A stretch of DNA of 63,958 nucleotides, filler included, from Rozella allomycis CSF55 (lineage: Eukaryota): NCBI GenBank assembly GCA_000442015.1. It is 16 parts of 16 records of this genome, joined end to end, with 100 filler letters (N's around TTAATTAATTAA, not from the genome) between each part and the next. Parts side by side here need not be neighbours in the genome. Positions count along the whole stretch, not along the records: positions 57,778 to 62,369 come from KE560956.1; positions 62,470 to 63,958 come from KE560962.1; 14 more parts are not named here. One strand, 5' to 3'. The position numbers were made by a program, and so were the translations under genes. Positions 58,346-63,958 of this stretch are shown here, one piece after another; the first letter of the stretch is position 1, and each line of letters begins with the position of its first letter. A model generated the notes under the pieces. The model had not been told where the DNA came from, did not search any database, and was given only the letters and a program-made list of their open reading frames with translations.

Positions 58346-60493
58346 TTAATTTATAGCTAAACCTAGTATTCTTGATTGTAGTATTTTTCTAGAAATATGT
58401 TGTTCTGCCTTTGAAGATGGCTTCATAGACTTTAATTCATCTAAAGAACAAGTGACGCACTTTTGAAGGTAAATGAAATCTTCATGTGGATCGATTTCCA
58501 ATGACGCCTCAATGTTGAAAATGGAGTTAATATCTTGAACTATTTTAGTACAATAAGTTTCATCGATCTTTTTGCATTCCAACACAAGCGCAATAACCAA
58601 TTGTTCAATGTAATGAATTAAATTTTGAATCCAACAAAATAGACTGGAGTTTTCATCGTGGTTTGAATTAAAGAAATATTTTGAATAAAAATCTAATAGA
58701 TCTTCTGAAATTTCATTGTCGATCAATTGAGGCAAAGACATTATAAAATCACCCAAATTTGAAATTTCAGGTGATATTTTATTTGAAATAGTTGATGACA
58801 ATTTATTAACTAAATAATCCTTCATTATTGAAAGAAAGGAAAGTTTGATATATGAATGCATTACAGAGGTGGATTCAGATAACAAATTTTCAACTAATTC
58901 ATTTAAAGAGGCGAAAGATTCTGTAATTTTCTCTTCGTTAATTTTGAAATCATCAATAAAGAGGGAACGCAGAAAGAACAGAGTGATTAAACTTTGATTA
59001 TGTGATTTATTTTCATAGGGAACTTTTCTTTTCTCGGCAATTTTATCAATCCAATTTCTATGATTTGAATTGTGAGCATCAATTGTTTTGATCATAACCT
59101 TCAGTTCATCAGAAATTCTCTTTTCCATTTGGGTTGCAATTTTGGAAATCATTTGACCAAAAGAAAGAACTTTATTGATTTGAGCCATTTGAATTTTCTT
59201 TTGCGACTTTAAACTTTTAATTTCTTGTTTCGCTTTGGCTATTATTTTTTCCAAATAAAATTCAATCAATTTCTTTGTCTGAAAAATCAGAAATCCCCCA
59301 GCAATCAATTTTGACGTTTCAATCATTTCATTGAAAATATTTAACAAATTGGATTCAATATCTTTGACATTATCGCTTAAAATTGAAAAATTAAACGAAT
59401 TTTCATATTTAGTCTTTTCATTTGTGGAATATTTATTGAAAACAGATTTGAAGCATAGAAAGAAATATTCTCCCCAATCAAAAGAAACTTCAAGGTTATT
59501 TTCAAGTGAAAATCTTTCAATTTTCAACAAAAAGATTTCATTTATTAAAAATATATCAAAAATATCCTTTAATCTTGTCTTATCCAACTCTAAATTCTTT
59601 ATGAATTCATCTAATGGCGGTGTAACTTTATTGAATCCTTTTTCAACTGCCTGTTTAATTAAATCAAACGGAGATTTCGTTATTCTTATTAAAACCAATA
59701 AATCTTCAGACAAGAAATTATAAAACTCGCCATAAAATTCATCAAAATGACTTGCAATGTTTTTATCACTCATATGCAATGAAATATGCCTTGTCCACAA
59801 CGATTGCACAGTATCCGATCGATTTTCAACAAAAAGTCTATAAAACTCACCTTGCCTTTCAATCAACTGATAATATCCAAATATCTTTTCAATAGCCAAA
59901 ACATCATTCTTTTCAAACACCATCATTGTTTCAGTCTCCAAATCCCTCATCAGCTTTACAACACTATTCTCCAGCATATTCTTCCTCTCTTCAGCATCTT
60001 CAAATATGGAATCAACAGTCGATATAGTATTCATCGCCGATCGCACCAGCCCACAAACCACATCAAACCTCCTATTAACCAACCCCTGTTCAATCTCCTG
60101 CTGCAGATTATTCCATTTCTTCATTTCCATCAAAATCTCCCTCGTATTCCTAATCCTCGTCTTTGCATTATCCAAAGCAAGCAGCTGGTCAAACGCCTCC
60201 TTGGCCTGGTACTTTGAAATATCGTGTTTCTTGAGCGACAGCAGCGTATTCAAATCGCAAAACTTCTTTTTTGAGATTTCTAGTTCTGTGAGTATGTATG
60301 GGATAGATTGCATCGCGTGTTTCGTTGACTGCTCTATTGACTTTGTGAGTCTCTGGCGCTGGTATTCTAGGGTTTCTAGGAGCTGCGCTTTGGTGATGTT
60401 GTTTTCTTTGGTAATGGTGGAGACAAAGGCGGAAATGTCCAGGTCTTCGAGAGCTTCGAGGGTGGTGAGCCAGCTGACGTTTTCAATTGTCAT
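58346..60493 (-). CDS. COG7: Conserved oligomeric Golgi complex subunit 7-like
   Basis: D...FV....L..L.......L..SIEQST..AMQSIP...EL and L..LD..K.R......L.E...W..L..EIE match the COG7 N-terminus; ISPEISNLGDFIMSLPQ near the C-terminus. Confidence 0.8.
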   Translation of the reverse strand: MTIENVSWLTTLEALEDLDISAFVSTITKENNITKAQLLETLEYQRQRLTKSIEQSTKHAMQSIPYILTELEISKKKFCDLNTLLSLKKHDISKYQAKEAFDQLLALDNAKTRIRNTREILMEMKKWNNLQQEIEQGLVNRRFDVVCGLVRSAMNTISTVDSIFEDAEERKNMLENSVVKLMRDLETETMMVFEKNDVLAIEKIFGYYQLIERQGEFYRLFVENRSDTVQSLWTRHISLHMSDKNIASHFDEFYGEFYNFLSEDLLVLIRITKSPFDLIKQAVEKGFNKVTPPLDEFIKNLELDKTRLKDIFDIFLINEIFLLKIERFSLENNLEVSFDWGEYFFLCFKSVFNKYSTNEKTKYENSFNFSILSDNVKDIESNLLNIFNEMIETSKLIAGGFLIFQTKKLIEFYLEKIIAKAKQEIKSLKSQKKIQMAQINKVLSFGQMISKIATQMEKRISDELKVMIKTIDAHNSNHRNWIDKIAEKRKVPYENKSHNQSLITLFFLRSLFIDDFKINEEKITESFASLNELVENLLSESTSVMHSYIKLSFLSIMKDYLVNKLSSTISNKISPEISNLGDFIMSLPQLIDNEISEDLLDFYSKYFFNSNHDENSSLFCWIQNLIHYIEQLVIALVLECKKIDETYCTKIVQDINSIFNIEASLEIDPHEDFIYLQKCVTCSLDELKSMKPSSKAEQHISRKILQSRILGLAIN

Positions 60494-60743
60494 TGAGTAG
60501 GAAATTTCAATTTGCAATGAAATTAAATTATACCATAGATGATGATAAATAATAAATTAATTCTTCTTTAAAGGTATTTGGTAGAATCCTTAGGGCAAAA
60601 TCTGGGAGTGATACCAACTGCAGTCTGCACATATGAAATAAAGTTTAAATACTTGGCATTTGTCAAAGACTTACGACCTTTTATTCAATATAGTTTCTTA
60701 TCATTTGAATGTTGCAATTATCCAATCTAACCAAGCCATCATA

Positions 60744-62369
60744 ATGGAGCCCTTTTCACTTTCTATTTTGCTGCCAGAGATTACAGATTCCACCAGCAAT
60801 GATCAAATATCCGCGACCTGTATAACATCTCAAGGTAAAAACGCTATTATAGACTGATAGACGACTATATACTACTTGGCACAAACGATGGACAATTGTT
60901 GCTGTACAAGGTAAGTGATTATCAATGTAATGAAAGAAAAAAGATGAGATGGTAGAGTATTTGATGAGGAGGGGGATGGGTGTTGGTAAAAAGGATGTCA
61001 AGAGAATAGAGATTGTTGGAGGGTATGTGCTGGTGCTGATAGGTGAGTGAGATTGGTTTGATTTTAGGGTTAGATGGATTTTTGAGTAGTTACAAGTTTC
61101 CAGAGTTGAAGCCAGTTGGTGGGAATAGTACGTTGAAGGGGGTTGAGTGGTTTGAGAGTGTGGTGAGTGTGATTGCTGATGTGAAGAGGGTTGAGGTTGT
61201 TGTGAGTAGAAGAAGAATGTTTCAATTTTGTAAATTCTATAATGGCAGATTTGAGCTAGTGCAGGTATGCATGTATTGATTTGAGAATAGGAAATTGAGC
61301 TGATGGAGACGCCAGATGTATTTTGTGTGAATGAATATATGGGGTGTTATGGGTGTAATGGGAGATATAAAATCATACAATTTAAGAACAATGAAATAAT
61401 AGAGTTGATTGGCTATGAGAATAGACCGTTTATAAGAATGATTAATGAAGGGTTTCTAGTTGTGACTGGAATGTTGGGGATATTCGTAGATGGAAGTGGA
61501 AATGCGATTAGAAATACTTTGCATTTTATGAATGCAATTGTAGCGATTGAAGTGAAAGAATTCCATGTTGTGGCATTGACAGAAGAGAACATTTTGATTT
61601 ATAATTCTGTGCAAGGCGATCTTTGCCAAACCATTCCAATTCCAATGAATAATGTGAAATGCATGGGGAGAATAAATGATGAATTGATTGGATTTTGTTG
61701 TAATAAAACAATTTTTTCTATAATTCCTTTACCTATTGATAAAAAAGTAAAATAGATTGAAAGATTTAGATAGATTATTAGATTAATTGAGAATTTAGAA
61801 ATTGAAGAAGCAATGAAATTATTTGAATCTGAAGAATATTTAAAAGTAAGAAAAGAGATTTAAAAATAAAAGAATAGAAAAGATGAATTAATTTATGAAA
61901 AATTTGGATCATTTTATTTGAACCAGGGTATGTTTGATGTGGCTAAAGAAATGTTTGAAAAGATTAAAGATCTTTCATTAATAATTGAATTATCTATAGA
62001 TGAAAAAAAGATTGAAAAATTATTAAATGAAATTATAGAAAATCAATTTCAGGGGAAAAGAGAAATGTTTGAAATTCTAAAAGTTAATCTATTTGAAATG
62101 ATAAAAGATCTTTTTCAATCTAAAGAGAATTATTTAGATCTAATAAAATTCTTTCTTAACACGAATAAAATAGATGATCTAGTAAATTTAATAAATGAAA
62201 AAGATTTATCTAAAAATAAAGAGAAAATTATTGATCTTTTAATTAAGAATAAATCCCTTGTTGCTTTATCATCTTTTTATGAAAAGAATTTAATGGAAAA
62301 AGAATTATTTGATTTATGGAGATCTAATGAATCTCTTGTCTCTTTAGATTATTTCATTCAATCTCTTTC
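60744..62369 (+). CDS. Vps39/Vam6/TGFBRAP1-family CNH-domain protein, multi-exon, 3' partial
   Basis: Spliced YILLGTNDGQLLLY, DG.LS.Y.FPELKP, L.GV..F, LGIFVDGSGNAIR.TL.F, then a helical region. Confidence 0.75.
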
Positions 62370-62469
62370 NNNNNNNNNNNNNNNNNNNNNNNNNNNNNNN
62401 NNNNNNNNNNNNNTTAATTAATTAANNNNNNNNNNNNNNNNNNNNNNNNNNNNNNNNNNNNNNNNNNNN

Positions 62470-63914
62470 TGTGGACTGATTGCATCAATAGCAGGGAATG
62501 TATCATCATCTGATGTTTCGTAATAAGAATTTGGGAGAGCCAGAGGAATTGTATTCTGCCGAAAAGATGTCGTCGGCAAGTCAAATTTTTGTAAATATAT
62601 TTCAAAACTTTCTTGATTATTCTCATTCTGGAGGTCCCTGCAATTTAATTTCTTGCCTCCCATTGAGAAAATACGGTTTCCATAAATTTCAAACAGGTGT
62701 CTAGAAATGACACTAGGGCTCCCTCCCAACAAAGTTTGCAAATGAGAGATCATGTAATTATAGTGCAGAACACAGATTTCATGGGCTATGTAGTCACTAG
62801 CTACCCCTACCTTTGAATACCGATAATTTCTATCGACAATGATATGCAACAGGGAATGGATTGTATTGAAAATCTTTAATAATTGAGGTGGTCTAACAAC
62901 ATGTCTGACGCCTGTTTCATCATTCAACGCACACTCAAGGTCCATAGCCAGCTTATGGGGAATTCCATTTCGGTCAATATGATCATTCCAATCCCAAAAT
63001 ATAAAACGAGCTACTCCGCCAAACATAAGATATCTCTCTTTCAAAAACTCTTCTGGTAAACCTTGATAGCAATTTTCGCGGCAAGCTTTCAATTCTTCCA
63101 AAGTCCAAACAGGAAAGTACCATTCAGTAGCCATATTCTGCATTATATATCTCTTGTAGTCATCTGATCCAGGCGAACCAATAAAAAAAGTGACGCATGG
63201 AGAGTTGATGGGAGATTCCTTGCCACCGTCAATTATATATAGAGTGTCAGCTTTTTGCACAACCATGTATGCCTCATGTCTTGAATATTTTTTGACTATT
63301 GATTCGTTTTCAGAATTAAATTCATAACACAAGAATTCAAGATCATTTTGATACATTATTCTCTTTGGCTTGAATGAAGATTCCCCCTTTAATACACGGA
63401 ACAAGATATACAGAAAAAACAGCGATTTCCCAACTCCCGGAGTCCCTGATATTCCAAATTTTTTTTGTCCTCTTTCAATACTTCCCGTTAATAACTCAAA
63501 CACATCTATATAGCATTGGCGAACATAAAGTGTCTTGATTTCATAATTATACAGTGGATAAGGAAAGAATTCTTTACCAAACATTATTCCATCTCTAATA
63601 AAAGCATCTGCGGCAAAAGATCTAAAGCGATCCCGATCCGTCAAATCATCCACTACTATCGATGCTGAAGATTCGTTAGAAGTGCGTTTGCGCTTCATTG
63701 GAATGCCTAGTTTTTTATTAAATCTTTGATTCTTACCTGTTATATGTAGCTCGTTGAAAACAAATGTCCCCCAGTCTTCAAAGCGCTTCTCCCATTCCTC
63801 TTTGGACAACTTTGTCAATCCACTCCAAGAGGAAGTTTGAATAAACGTAACAATACTATCATTCGGGCAGCTTTCTTCTTTTAGCCAAGACAAGAGTTGA
63901 GCTTTGTTTTCCAT
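62470..63914 (-). CDS. Crinkler-type effector: SAM-like header, P-loop NTPase, start of REase domain; 3' partial
   Basis: LSKEEW....WG..VFNELH header; LYVRQCY, ISGTPGVGKSLF, YIIDG, FPVWTLEEL, FGGVAR, HLFE and FPAIDA. Confidence 0.88.
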
Positions 63915-63958
63915 GTTGTTTGTCGCTCCATGCGCTCATAGAATCTTAATCCTCGTAA

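Overview
Eukaryotic, AT-rich sequence. It is not one contiguous locus: about 16 contigs are joined by 100-bp artificial spacers (N44-TTAATTAATTAA-N44), and single N characters join overlapping near-duplicate fragments, so adjacency across these joins is not biological evidence. Very short GT-AG introns (about 25-35 nt), Crinkler-type NTPase/nuclease genes, fungal-type housekeeping genes and centriole/flagellar genes suggest a zoosporic early-diverging fungus such as a Rozella-like cryptomycete (inference). Contents: two decayed Ty1/copia elements, Ty3/gypsy remnants and LTRs, hAT transposases, a decayed Helitron, a LINE RT, four Crinkler-like genes, conserved genes (APN1, TAF2, AMS1, NOP15, FCF2, GRX5, GCV3, CEP135, COG7, a Vps39-family gene, a probable axonemal dynein fragment) and several orphan secreted proteins. 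Most unusual: (1) an intronless SF3-helicase (parvovirus NS1/CRESS Rep-like) ORF next to iteron-like direct repeats and a hairpin; (2) a fully paired tRNA-like gene with no canonical anticodon loop, followed by a 26-bp perfect palindrome and a 1610-aa intronless orphan ORF; (3) a repeated 5'-to-3' compositional gradient within long genes. All family calls come from recognising motifs by eye; no database search was run.
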